Shown here: one piece after another, positions 24,564 to 38,429 of the stretch | Layout of the letters: each line of letters begins with the position of its first letter | Position numbering within the stretch: the stretch's first letter is position 1 | Source: Patellaria atrata CBS 101060 | Lineage: Eukaryota | DNA length: 64,000 nt | Direction of reading: 5' to 3' | Assembly (NCBI GenBank): GCA_010093705.1 | Contig: MU006103.1 | Location: forward strand, 372,001 to 436,000 | The notes under the pieces: model-generated | Told to the model about the DNA's origin: nothing | What the model saw: the letters and a program-made list of their open reading frames with translations, nothing else | Databases searched by the model: none | Translations under genes and position numbers: made by a program

Positions 24564-25735
24564 ATGGTTGGTCGAGCAGAATCCACCGCATTTCACACAA
24601 ACACAGGTCCCAATGGCCAGGAACTCGACGTAAAGGAGAGAGAACAGTTATTTAGACCTTACCTTCCGCAACCACCAATAGCTCCCTACTCTCCCTCCCG
24701 TGTCCCATTCCAAAGACAAAAGGTACCACCAAAAGGTCGTCGCAGAAAGCTAATTCGAAATTTTTTGAAGTCTCGATTCCACTTACTGGTCTATTTCATA
24801 ATTCACGCGATCTTTTCCGTCTATATACGATTCCGTACTGCATATCACGTAACCGTCAATCAATTAATAGCCCCTTTCAGATACCACTGGCGAACCCCTC
24901 AATACATTCAGCGCGATGTTAGCAGTTTAGAGCAAGTTCCACGGCATCTAAGCGTGATATTAGAACTAAACCGCAACGATCGCGACGGGTCTGGGCTGGA
25001 GAGTTTAGTTCACGATGTTGGGCAGATCGCAGCATGGTGTGCCAGTGCTGAGATTCCTTTTCTGAGTGTATACGAGAGAACTGGTACTTAACATAATTCT
25101 TATGGATTTCATTGAGTTGTTGCTTATCTCGACTTTAGGCATCCTAAAGAGCAAAAACGCTCATACATATGAAGCCATTGCAAACACTCTTCAAAACTAC
25201 TTTGGAGATTCTCCAAACCGGCCTACACTCTCAGTTCGAGCTCCAAATTTCCCTTCATTCAGCCCACCGCAGACACCCCCTACCTCAGCGGAGGGCGAGC
25301 TAGTACCTGATGAGGAGGCATCCGATGAGATAGGACCTTTCCTACCACATCTCACAGTTCTTCTCATATCTGCGGAGGACGGACGAACAACTCTTGTTGA
25401 CCTTACAAAAACGTTGGCTGAGATGAGCCAGGATGATAAACTGTTCCCTGATGAGATCACTGCTGAAGTGATCGATGCAGAAATTAGAGGACACGTGATG
25501 GACGAGCCGGATCTTTTAATACTCTTTTCGCCGAAAATCGTACTGGACGGTTACCCTCCTTGGCAACTTCGATTAACAGAGATCTTGTAAGTCATTGTCC
25601 GGTTCCTGAAACGGTATTTCAAAGCTAATGACTATCAAACTCAGTCACTCGCCTGATAATTCAGGTGTAAGCTATATTGTATTCGGGAGAGCTTTGCGAA
25701 AGTACGGCAAAGCACAGATGAGATTCGGGAGATGA
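24564..25735 (+). CDS. NUS1: Dehydrodolichyl diphosphate synthase complex subunit Nus1 (NgBR); 3 exons
   Basis: Introns 25084..25138 and 25587..25644. Motifs PRHLSVIL, AAWCASAEIPFLSVYERTG, EPDLLILF...LDGYPPWQLRLTEIF and the C-terminal RxG motif (MRFGR*). Confidence 0.92.
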
Positions 25736-26028
25736 TAGACACTCCCTTGCACAGTTTTGTCTTTAGTGAATCAGGACATAGCTGGAATAATAAATTCAGT
25801 TGATACCCAAGCGTACCAAGGGATAATTAAATGCGCTCTTCGCTAATAATGCTCCTTATCAGCTGACTTCTACAGCTAGTGCACATGTTCATTCCATTGT
25901 GGCCGGAATGGTGGGTATCTCAATTCTTTGGAATGGGCTAATGCATTTCTTTGTTCGAAGCCTAATGATATTTCGTGGCATCTTTCAGATTAAGATTACT
26001 CGCTGAGATACTCACCAGTGATATCACG

Positions 26029-27729
26029 ATGCCGAGCCCGAATTTTCACCCGCTGTTATCACGAGCTAAAAGGGCGATATCGAATCGTCCTAGACCTTCA
26101 ACTTCTGGTCATTCACCAACATTTCCGGAGGAGACTAAACAAGAGCGATACTATGGCTGCAAATGTCCCGAAAGCCCTACCATAAATGACCTGAAGGAAG
26201 ATCTGGTAGGACGTACAGACACTTTTGAGAGACAGTCCTCCTTTGCTAGTAATCTTGTGGACGAGTTATCACGTATAACCCCCGAAGAGATGACAACTAC
26301 CATAGCTCGATCAGCAGAGAATAATGATGTCATTATGTCTGACTCTCCTCCGAGTATCTTTTCCACTCCGGAGGTCTTTGACCAGGTTAGCTCAAAGAAA
26401 GCGACATCTACATCTTCGAGTCCAACGAGTCCTAGGTATTACCACCGCCTGACTCCTAATAGAAGGGCAATAAGAGCTCAAATGGCGAGCTATGTCGCTC
26501 CGGCCGACTACTCTGTTACTCCACACATGAAGCACCATCCTGTTGGTTTGCAGAGGACGAGGTCCATCCGCAGAAGCACCAGCCGTGGGAGTCAAAAGGG
26601 CAAGATAGGTCTTAAGCTAAAGTACAACACAGTTAGAGTTACAAAATGCATATCTCTGCCCAAGAATAACCACATAGTATCACATTGGCAGTCCATGGTC
26701 AGAGAAGCATCCCTAAACGCAGATTCTCCCACTCGAGCTCTGATCCAAGACGGTCTCAAATCACCCCGGGTCATAGCCCTCAAAAGCGAGTTCATCGACT
26801 TTGGATCCCGTACACTCCCTAAGACGCCAGAAATCTTCTCCAGTCCAACCGAATTGCTCAACTTCTCCATTTCAACGCAATCCACCACGCTCAACTTTCC
26901 CCAATCAACCCCAACAACCCCGCGGGCCAACCAAGACCCACTCCATTCCTTCTACCTGTCTCCAGGCCACTCGCACACCCAATCCCACAATTTCGGCTAC
27001 AATTTCCCCCTCACTCCCATTGCTACCTCTCTCGACACACTCGCTGTGATTGCCTCCGATTCTCCCATTTCCCCGCATCGCACACCTCGCGCCTCCATCC
27101 ACCCTCCGATATCCCGTAGTACCTCTATCCACCTGCACTCAGGTTCCGTCCTCACCGTCATCTCGCCCGAAGACAGCCCCTTCCAGCGCTCGACTTACCT
27201 CCCCGGTCCAATACGCTTACAGCCCCCGTACGCACCCGGGGGTGTCGTCTCCCTCGCGACATGGAAGGAGACATTAACCTTAGACGGGGAAGGCGCAGTG
27301 AGGGCACGAAGACAGAGCGAAGACGCGACGATAGAGGGGCTGGTCAAGTATTTCGAGGGGTTGGGAGTTGAGAGGACCGCGTCAGTCGGCTCCACGGACC
27401 AGTTTTGGAAGAACGGGAGGAGGAGCAGGAGGGCGTTGGCGAGGAGCGTGACGTGGATCGAGGGCATCGGGGAGAGTGGTGAACCACCCGAGAAACCGTT
27501 GCCCGCGTTGCCGGATACCCCGAGGACGCCGGGAACGCCGTGGAGGATCTCGGATTCCGGAAGGGGGTTGGGCGAGGAAAGGGCATCGACGGATCCAGGT
27601 GAAGGGGCAAGGGTGTTTGAGAGACCGAGGAGGCCGAGTAGTGCTACGAGTACTATGACGGGTGGTACCAATAGGAGCAGTATCAGGGGCATTGGAGTTC
27701 GCAGAGGAAGTCGGTTAAAAGAGTTATGA
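26029..27729 (+). CDS. Hypothetical Ser/Pro/Thr-rich protein
   Basis: Long single ORF from ATG at 26029 (about 566 aa) with a motif-like block SIHLHSGSVLTVISPEDSPFQRSTYLPGPIRL. Confidence 0.7.
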   Translation: MPSPNFHPLLSRAKRAISNRPRPSTSGHSPTFPEETKQERYYGCKCPESPTINDLKEDLVGRTDTFERQSSFASNLVDELSRITPEEMTTTIARSAENNDVIMSDSPPSIFSTPEVFDQVSSKKATSTSSSPTSPRYYHRLTPNRRAIRAQMASYVAPADYSVTPHMKHHPVGLQRTRSIRRSTSRGSQKGKIGLKLKYNTVRVTKCISLPKNNHIVSHWQSMVREASLNADSPTRALIQDGLKSPRVIALKSEFIDFGSRTLPKTPEIFSSPTELLNFSISTQSTTLNFPQSTPTTPRANQDPLHSFYLSPGHSHTQSHNFGYNFPLTPIATSLDTLAVIASDSPISPHRTPRASIHPPISRSTSIHLHSGSVLTVISPEDSPFQRSTYLPGPIRLQPPYAPGGVVSLATWKETLTLDGEGAVRARRQSEDATIEGLVKYFEGLGVERTASVGSTDQFWKNGRRSRRALARSVTWIEGIGESGEPPEKPLPALPDTPRTPGTPWRISDSGRGLGEERASTDPGEGARVFERPRRPSSATSTMTGGTNRSSIRGIGVRRGSRLKEL

Positions 27730-29256
27730 TGGGTGTTGTATCAAGTGTTTGAGTTCGGGGATGAATGCTACACGCTTTTTGGCTTTTTTCTGTTTTCTTA
27801 CTGTAAAGTGTAGCTAGATCGTTTACCATCTGTATGATGACGTGTTACACATGAGGAATGTTGTACTCCCGTGTACATGCGGTACATTGCACTGGTGATT
27901 ACTGATCGGGCTAAACGCTTGTGTTAGAAAGTATGAATAGGGCAAACTGTAGCACACCGCTTAAATATACTACTCATCAATTGAGAAAGCAAGTAAGCAG
28001 TTTCGTTATGGACAAGGGACTACTCTGATTGATAATATTTGCATAGAAAAATAATGACTCTATAAATTTATAGTTGTAATGAATGTATATGACATGCTTG
28101 ACAGGTGAACATATGCGAAGAGATACCATAGTAGGTAGACAATACCGTAGCAAGCTGGAAGCCCCCTATTCTCAAAACAAATTTGGATCTGATGGTCACT
28201 CCTCTGAGAAGGTCAAAAAGACGAATTGATCTGAACCGTGTTATTCGTTACCGTAGCAGGAGACGGAAGCTTCAAGCCCATGTTAAGAGGTCGTACTGAT
28301 GGGTAAGTTTGCTTAACCCCCTTCGAACCCAGTCGGCAATTGCAACTGAATGGGGGTGGCTTTATTCTTAGTATTTCTCTTTATTTCGGGGTTGAATATC
28401 TTCGTCTGAAGTAGTAATGTTGGTAAAGTAATTTTTCTTCTTCTCCAAAAGTCTATATTCTTCCTCGAGCTGTTTCACCCGAATTTTAGGAAATATTAGT
28501 ACACCTAAAGAATACTAGAGCGTATATCTACTCAAGAAATATCATAGGTTTTCCATAAATGTAGTGAGCAATGAATTCTGATGATGATCAGTCATTTCCA
28601 GACAGGTCCTTGATACGAGTATTGGAATCTGTGGTTGACAGTCAGCTTTGAACCCATGAACGACATTGATCAACATAAAGGTGGTGTAAATGAAATTCAG
28701 AGACCCGTATTATAAGCACCGACAGCAAGCATTTGTCGATACCTGCTATACCTTTTCCGGCTCTTCCTATATAAAGATTTTGTAGGGTGAAATATCTCAT
28801 CAGAGTAGAATTGATACAGATTAGAAGATGAGGAGAAACTTACATTATGAGTCGACCATTGTTGATAATAGTGCACCGTCCTATTCTCAAGTCATGAAAT
28901 GTCTTCTAACATAAGTGAGGACGTAAATTGAAGCTGAGGTGCTCATGATTCTTCGAGGAAAATTGGACGGGAAGAGAAAACGTTTGATAGAGCACCTACC
29001 ACCTCGATTGGCGCTAATCTTACAGCAGTTTAGGCTTGAGAACCGCGGAGTAGCCCAATTTAGGCCTAGCGAGGGGGAAAATTGGCGGTGAGATGCAGGG
29101 ACGAGACGGGAGCTCAGCACGGGCACCAATTGTAACGTTTTTGGGGTTGCGTGTGCGACTTGCCTCCAAATTGATAAACCTCCCCTTTCGCACACAGAAG
29201 CAGAACTCGACCCTCGCACATATTCCTCTCCTCAATCTTCTCATATCGTGGTAAAA

Positions 29257-30675
<1,419 letters not shown>

Positions 30676-30936
30676 GGTAATGCACTGGAATGCCCCGTCA
30701 CACGATTTAATGTGAAAAATGGAAGGAAAGAAACATTGTTTGGAAAAAAGCAAGAAACTTGCTCACTAATGGTATATACCTAGATGTTTAATCACGAGAA
30801 AATCTTTATTCATCCCCTGAAAATCCGACACGCTGAAATGCTCATGAACGCGCCCCAGTGCTGTATTCATCGTCCCATCTATGTATGAGGTGTTGTTCGT
30901 CACCCCTAAATCATCATCACGAAATATCAAACCCGC

Positions 30937-32855
30937 TCACAGCTCGTTGCGCCCGGGGAACTTGATCTCCCAACCCCGAGGCGGAACCGGGTACCCGATC
31001 CAGAAATACCAGATGCGCATAACCTCGTACACGATGATATTCCATCTGCCCCAAAATGTTAGCATGTGATATGCTAATACACCTCCGTAGAAGCTACATC
31101 AATAGGTGAAACTTACACTTTAGCCGGGATGCCTGCATAGCTCTTCAGCACCCACCAGAACGTGCTCCAGACCAGATCCCATTCCTCGCGGAATTCTTCC
31201 GTGAGAGTGAGGTTTTGCCGTCTATTTCTGCGGTTGAAGTCTGGGCGTCTATCTTCCTCGTCGTCATGGGTATCTCGCTCTTTCTCCTGAGGGAGTGTCT
31301 TCTGCGTGAGCTGTTCCACAGGAATACCAAGCTCCTTCGCCTCCATCATGCGCGAGAAGTCCTTGATAGCGGTGAGTGAATGTGATACGCGACCAAGGGT
31401 GTTAATAAGTGCAACGAGCTCCGTACGGCGGAGTGGCGGATCATTCGAAGAGTCATGCTCATCAAACTCGAAAAGTACTTTGAGCGCGGTACCGTAGCCG
31501 GCCGTCTGCAGTTTGCCCCACAGTCGACACTTATCACAACCTACACAATCCATGATGCGAGAGACGTTACGGAAGCGATTGCGGAAGTCCTCTTTCAGGC
31601 TAGCGACACTAGGATCCCGAAACATGACGGTCTCATCGAAAATTTCGGGGCCAGCGGGAATAGCTGCTGATAGGGAGAGTACAAGGTTTTTGGTCTGTTG
31701 ATCCTGTGCCGGGTCCGCGGAACAGTATTCGTAGTCCTTGATATGCTGGCGGATCTTTCCGACAGCTCGGAGCATGAGGGCGTAGTTGAAGTAGAGGTTT
31801 GAAATGCGCTCGGGGTGTTTGTGGAGACGTTGTTCGTAACATTCGAGATTGGGACTCCATTGGCCGGTAGTTTGGTTCAAAAAATCGTAGCAGAGGTGGG
31901 TAGAGATGGAGGCGTGCATACCACTAACCACGCGGTGGAAGACGCGCTTTTCGAGACATTCATCTTCAAATTCGAGGGTATCTACTCGAGAAGGTTCGGC
32001 GTTGTGGGCGATAGCAGACTGGATGTTTTGTTGAACTACTTGGGCTTTCAGTACGCTTCGCAGATCTTGCGCTGCCTGAGCTTGTCCGCCGAAAGGAGAT
32101 TGGTTCATACTGGATTCCCAGTCTGCTCGAGGTTTGGAGAAACAGTTCTCTCGGTAGATAGCTTCCCATACTTGGTGAGAGCCTGCACCTGCGTAGCCTG
32201 TGAACCGTTCCGGATTATCTATCAGACTGACGTAGTCTCCCTTCCCTGTAGCATTCTCATCATCTGGCACGCAATAGTCCCGGTCATCACAATCGTCATC
32301 ATATTCCACAACGCAACTTTCCCCGACATCTTCACCAAGTTCACCCTGTAACGGCCGTTTCGGTCTCTTCTTCTGAGCTTCTCTTCCAGGATGTTGAGCT
32401 TTTGGGCCCTCCAATTTTCCAAGCTCTTGCGCTCTCCACACTAAAGGTATATCTCCTTCGTTATCTAGGGTATTTACAGCGCATGCTATGTTTCCACACA
32501 TGCCATTTTCTTCGGACCAGAAGGGACATTTCTTGTTATACAGATTCAATCGGTAGTAGGAAAAGAAGTCGGTATTCTGAGTAATCGATTTGACGTAGGG
32601 ATATAATCGGTCGTTGAGGTCGTCGAGGGTAGAATAGGAAGCACACGCATCAGATACTATAGCTCCTGGTTCGAACTGAGAGGGATGTTTAGACGTAAAA
32701 TATCTTCCAGAGGGTGTATTAGTTGAATTAGATTTGCTTACTGCGCAGACATTCGGTTGGGAATTATTTGATTTTGTAGGTGGTTTGGAAGTCGCATGAG
32801 ACGTTCCTAGCAATGAGAAGACTGCTAGATAGAACAGTTTCTCAGCAGCCCGCAT
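30937..32855 (-). CDS. ERO1: Endoplasmic reticulum oxidoreductin Ero1; 2 exons
   Basis: Signal peptide, CPFW...CGNIACAV, NPERFTGY, CLEKRVF, SGMHASISTH and the active site MDCVGCDKCRLWGK. Intron 31046..31116 adds a terminal exon ending RNEL*. Confidence 0.95.
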
Positions 32856-33269
32856 ATTTACGGTTCAACCCCTTTTGATCAATCCCAGAATGTCAGCGCA
32901 TAGGTCCACGATTCGTTTCAGGTTCGGAGGACGCGGCGGGAATATGAACAAGGGAACGGTACTTACTTATGACAAAGGCCGACAAAGAGATGCTTGTTAA
33001 TCGATTGTTTAGGAAGCTCGGCAGCATCAAAGAGGCCAGATTGAATTAGAGAGCTTATTTATGTGGTCAGACCGGGGTGTGGGGGTGGAGTAAGGTAGGT
33101 ATAGTGATCAAGTAGTAGAGTTGGTTGGAGGGAACCGGCCTAAGGCGGAGAGCTATTAACAAGTTGATTGAAAGAGTAGGTCCAGTGACGCGGGTTGCCG
33201 AGGGCTCAATAATGGAAGGTGATAAAGAATATGAACGAGAAATAAACTAGTATATATTGAAATAAAAAG

Positions 33270-33446
33270 GACACCAGGACATTGATGGGAAGTGTCAAAA
33301 TGTCATGCCAGCATCAGGAACCCGCAACGCCACCCAAGCAGTAACTGTTACTCCTGTAAGGTGGCCTCAAGCAGCGGGATGACGGGCATGAAGACGTTTA
33401 CCAACCGCCCGAACCGTACCCGACAGGAGCTGCGTAAACGGCGTCT
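33270..33446 (-). ncRNA. Candidate structured ncRNA (two long hairpins followed by ACAUUU; H/ACA-like 3' hairpin)
   Basis: Nested stems TCATGCC/GGCATGA, CCCGC/GCGGG, GCCACC/GGTGGC, AGTAA/TTACT and AGACG..GTTTAC/GTAAAC..CGTCT. Additional G-U pairs favour the minus strand. Confidence 0.4.
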
Positions 33447-33762
33447 AATTACGAGATGTGTAGGGTCAAATTGATTCTCGGCTTGAAATGCTACGAATAT
33501 AGAATTGAGATCAGTAGGTGAAAATTACCCTCGTGCACCAGAATGTTCACATGCTTATCGATAAGGTCGTTCATCAACAACTAATTGATATGGGGCGGCT
33601 AATCTTCGCCACTTTTTTAGAAGAAATCTAGTCGCAAAATCATTCCCCCAGTCCCGATGGAGCTCGAAGCTTTTCGCGACAATTTGTGACTGTGGAGCTA
33701 CGGGATACGCGTAATTACAAATTCCTCGTGTTCAGAATCCCCTCCCATCCAGATCTGACATC

Positions 33763-36700
33763 ATGGACGACCTTTACGATGAGTATGAACCCATTCCCCT
33801 CAGTCTTACGGGACATGCTAATGGGCCTGCAGATTTGGTAACTTTATCGGCGATGCCGAATCAGAAGAGGAATCCGATAATGGCGCGCCCAACGCGGATG
33901 CGTATGTGTATGACGACGATGCCGAGGAAGAGGAGGAGGTCAATGATCAACAGCTCATGGAGATTGACGAGAGTGGACCTTCCAATGCCGTAGTACTACA
34001 CGAAGACAAACAATACTATCCTACAGCGCAACAAGTCTATGGCGAAGATGTTGAAACCATGGTTCAAGAAGAGGATGCGCAACCTCTCTCTCAGCCCATA
34101 ATAGCGCCTGTTGTACAAAAAAAGTTTGCAGTGGAAGAGACAGACCTACCACCAGTATTCTTCGCTCGAGAGTTTATGGCAGACCTAATGAACTTCCCAG
34201 CACAAATACGTAATATCGCACTAGCCGGTCATTTACATCATGGGAAGACCGCGTTCATGGACCTTCTCGTGATGGAGACTCACGATATACAAGAGCGGTT
34301 AGATAAGAAAAGGGGTAAAAAGCGGGATGAGCAGCTGAGATATACGGACGTGCATATCCTAGAAAGGGAACGAGGTCTATCTATCAAAACGGCACCGATG
34401 AGCTTGGTTTTACAGAGTACGAGAGGGAAATCCCATCTATTTAACATCTTAGACACGCCCGGCCACGTAAATTTTGCAGATGAAATAGCAGCCTCACTCC
34501 GCTTAGTTGATGGTGTCGTACTGGTCGTAGATGTAGTTGAAGGCGTCCAGGTCAATACACAGCAAGTTATCAAGCATGCTGTTCTGGACGGTCTTCCATT
34601 AGTACTCCTCATTAACAAGATGGATCGATTAATACTGGAGTTAAAACTACCACCAACAGATGCATATTTCAAATTGAAACATGTGATCGAAGAGGTGAAT
34701 ACTGTTATCGAAAATACAATCCCAGGTCAGGGCGAAAGTTGGCGAGTGAGTCCCGAGAAAGGCAATGTTGCTTTCGCGTGTAGTAGCATGGGATGGTGCT
34801 TTACTCTCCCATCTTTTGCTAAGATGTATTCCGACAACTACGAAGCGAATAGGGTTGGGAAGCCACGACATTCTGTTAGACCAACAAACGGTGCAACGGC
34901 AAGAATACATACGGATAGTATTGCTCCCGATGAGTTCGCAAAACGGCTATGGGGTGATATTTTCTTCAATCCTGGCAGTCGGAAATTCTCTAGAAAAGGG
35001 CTCGAGGAAGGCTCAAAACGATCTTTCGTTAACTTTGTTCTGGAACCGATATACAAGCTCTATTCTCACACAATTAGCCAGAGCCCAGATGAGCTAAAGG
35101 AAACACTCGCATCTTTAAATATTTATTTAAAACCATCTCAATACAAGGTTGACGCAAAGGATCTATTAAGATTAGTCTGCGCTCAGTTCTTCGGTCCCGC
35201 AAATGGATTCGTTGATATGGTTGTCAATCACATCCCCTCGCCTCCTGACGGCTCTAAGAGGACTCTCGAACGATTTTATACCGGTCCACTAGACACAAAA
35301 ACGGCATCCGCAATGGAAACTTGTGATCAGGATGGCCCACTTGTTGTTCATGTCACTAAACTTTTCAATTCGGTTGATGCAAAGAGCTTCCACTCGTTTG
35401 GTAGAGTTATGAGCGGTACAGCTCGTGCTGGCCAACAAGTTCGTGTATTGGGCGAGGGTTATACTCTCGAAGACGAAGAGGATATGGTTGTAGCAACCAT
35501 AAACGATACATGGATTTCAGAATCCAGATACAATGTCTCCACTAGTGGCGTCCCGGCTGGTAACTTTGTACTCCTGTCAGGTGTCGACAACTCTATCGTC
35601 AAAACGGCCACTATCGTGGCGCAGAAACTCCCCGATGATGAAGATGCCTATATTTTCCGACCGTTAAAGCACTTTTTCGAATCGGTTTTCAAAGTCGCTG
35701 TGGAACCCATCAATCCTTCGGAGCTGCCAAAGATGCTGGACGGTCTCCGTAAGGTCAATAAGAGTTATCCTTTGATTACGACCAAAGTTGAGGAATCCGG
35801 CGAACACGTTGTCCTCGGTACTGGAGAGCTTTATATGGACTGCGTACTACACGATTTACGTCGACTCTATGCCGAGATGGAGATCAAGGTCTCTGATCCA
35901 GTAACCAGATTCTGCGAAACTGTAGTCGAGACATCTGCAATCAAATGCTACGCTCTCACCCCAAACAAGAAGAATAAGCTTACTATGGTGGCCGAACCGC
36001 TAGATCCCGGTATCGCTGATGATATTGAATCTGGTAAAGTCAACATCAAAGATCCAGTTCGCGTTGTAGGGAAATTCTTCGAAGAAAATTATGGCTACGA
36101 CCTACTTGCATCCAGGAACATCTGGGCATTCGGTCCCGATGATATGGGCCCAAACATTCTTCAAAATGACACTCTACCCTCTGAAGTTGATACCAAGCTG
36201 CTCAAGAGCGTTCGTGAAACTATCCGCCAAGGGTTCAGCTGGGCCACTCGTGAAGGGCCACTCTGCGAAGAACCCATTCGCAATATCAAATTCAAGCTTA
36301 TGGATGTCAACCTTGCTCCAGAAGCTATCTTCCGAGGCGGCGGGCAAATGATCCCAACCGCGAGACGAGCTTGCTATTCATCATTTTTGATGGCCTCTCC
36401 TCGCCTTATGGAACCTGTTTACGAATGCTCGATGATTGGACCTGCAGATGCCGTGAGTGCTTTATATACTGTACTTGCACGAAGGAGAGGTCATGTGCTA
36501 CAAGATGGACCCATCGCAGGCACACCATTATACCAGGTCAAAGGATTAATTCCTGTCATAGATTCCTTTGGCTTTGAGACAGACCTGAGGGTAAGTCATA
36601 ACGCTGTCACTAATATGCCTTTTCGCTTCTGCGTCACTAACTTGTCCATACAGATCCATACTCAAGGTCAAGCCACTGTCTCATTAATCTTTGACAAATG

Positions 36701-36896
36701 GTCCATCGTCCCTGGTGATCCCCTCGATAAGGAGATCCAACTTCGCCCGCTCGAACCTGCATCCGCGCAGGCTACTGCACGCGACTTCGTACTGAAGACT
36801 CGGAAGAGAAAGGGTCTCGCTGAGGATGTTACCATCAGCAAATTTTTGGAACCTGATCTCTTCAAAAGTCTCAAAGAGAGTGGTATCTTGGACTGA
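33763..36896 (+). CDS. SNU114: U5 snRNP 116-kDa EF-2-like GTPase Snu114/Cwf10; 3 exons
   Basis: MDDLYDEFGNFIG after removing intron 33783..33832, VVLHEDKQYYP, G1 GHLHHGKT, DTPGHVNF, NKMD. Second intron 36591..36653. Confidence 0.96.
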
Positions 36897-38429
36897 TGAA
36901 AGTAGCTCTGGTAATTGAGGGCCAGAACCTACTTTTAGTATGGTTATGCAATGACACGCAGAATGAGCCAGCCCGTCGTTAGCTCGCCTTTTGACGGAGT
37001 CGGGGGAGAGCGGATAGGAGCAAGTTTCCGCTACGAACGGACAGTGAGTTTTTACCCGCTTGTCGTACTCTTTTAGCGTTCGGTCTGATTGATGCTGTCT
37101 CACCAGAAATATACTCCTGTAGTGTGGACCGCATATTCCAGTTGAGTTAACTTCATTGGAAATTTTTCAGTTCCTCGGGGTTATGCCTGGTTCATATCAG
37201 CTCCCTAGTGAGTCAATTCAAGGAACTTCCTTCTAACTGCATGTTCCATGAAACTTTCCATACTTTCTAGAATAGAGTTCACCCTGAGTCTGAAATAATG
37301 CTTGCCCACCTTCCCGTGAATACGCGGATCGTAAGAGCTTTTTGCGTAGAATACAGAAATAGTCAATCTAGTGCACACGTATTCCTTAATCTTGCGCTGC
37401 TTGATTTCATAGGAAAACTTCCGAGTGATGTTCATGATGTTGAGCCGCTGCCCATTCTCTGTCTATTCAACCCCCTTTAGAACTCCTTGATATGGATCCA
37501 GCAACATAACAACCAAATCCCTCAATAGCCATATAAAACATTTGTACTTCGAGACCGGCTACTAGACCATCATTGTAAGCTGTCCCCACAGATTCCAAAC
37601 ATCATTCATAAAACCTGTCTTTCCCATAGAGCCGATAGCCCCTAAACCAACCACTAGAACGGCTTCCAAAAGCACCTGAATAACTCCACATCTAGAGCAC
37701 GCAAACAACAAAGTATGGACGTCACAGACCGGCAGAAGCAGCATGACTGAGGAGAGAATATTTGATGTAAAAGCCTGGTATATCTTCGTCAGGAAAGGAT
37801 CTTTGATTTTTCTTCCCATCTTGTATCAATATCTTTCTGTTGATTGCTATGTTCCTTTATATCCACACCTTATCATTTTAAGTCTGTCATTATATCGTTT
37901 TATAGACCTATACGAAAAATCATTTTACAGTTCTGCTATCTTTAAGATCATCCCTCTTGCTGGCAGTGCTGAAGATTCCCTATTATAATATCTTGACATT
38001 CATGAAATTCCACCTAGGACGACTTACAGGCTCGACTTTCAAATAAGTCGCAGTATATATTTCTTTAACCTCCATAGCTTTTTGCCCAACGTAAAATCTA
38101 CTTAAGAGCTATAATGAGTCTCATTCCTCAGCTATGCAGTAGTTACCATACACTACGACAGAGGGGTGTAAACAGAAGACCTTATCAACACGAGATGTCG
38201 AGAGCCAGACACAAACACATAAAATAATCGTGCACATAGAACGCCGCGCAGATACATAGAAGAAGAATACTATACATTGAACAGTATTCCCGACCATCAA
38301 AGAACCCATCACCCGCGCCTAGGACACAATTTCCCTATCTAAACACGTGAGTCTCCCCTTCATGTGACTTACCATCTTAGCACTTGCACCGCGCAGCTAA
38401 GAACCTCCAAACCGGTAGTCATTTCCCAT

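Noticed and set aside
28316..28357. Hairpin with reverse B-box-like GGTTCGAA as a third member of the Pol III family
   Set aside because: No A box, no CAG-GTA/GAA-CTG module and no terminator; it overlaps the putative coding relic.
33505..33545. U4 snRNA 5' end (minus strand ATTCTGGTGCACGAGGG)
   Set aside because: Only partial resemblance; no kink-turn stem-loop or stem-I sequence at the proper distance.
34840..34920. Cryptic intron or intein in SNU114 (extra ~25 aa EANRVGKPRHSV...)
   Set aside because: No good donor or branch site and no intein motifs; more likely a lineage-specific loop insertion.
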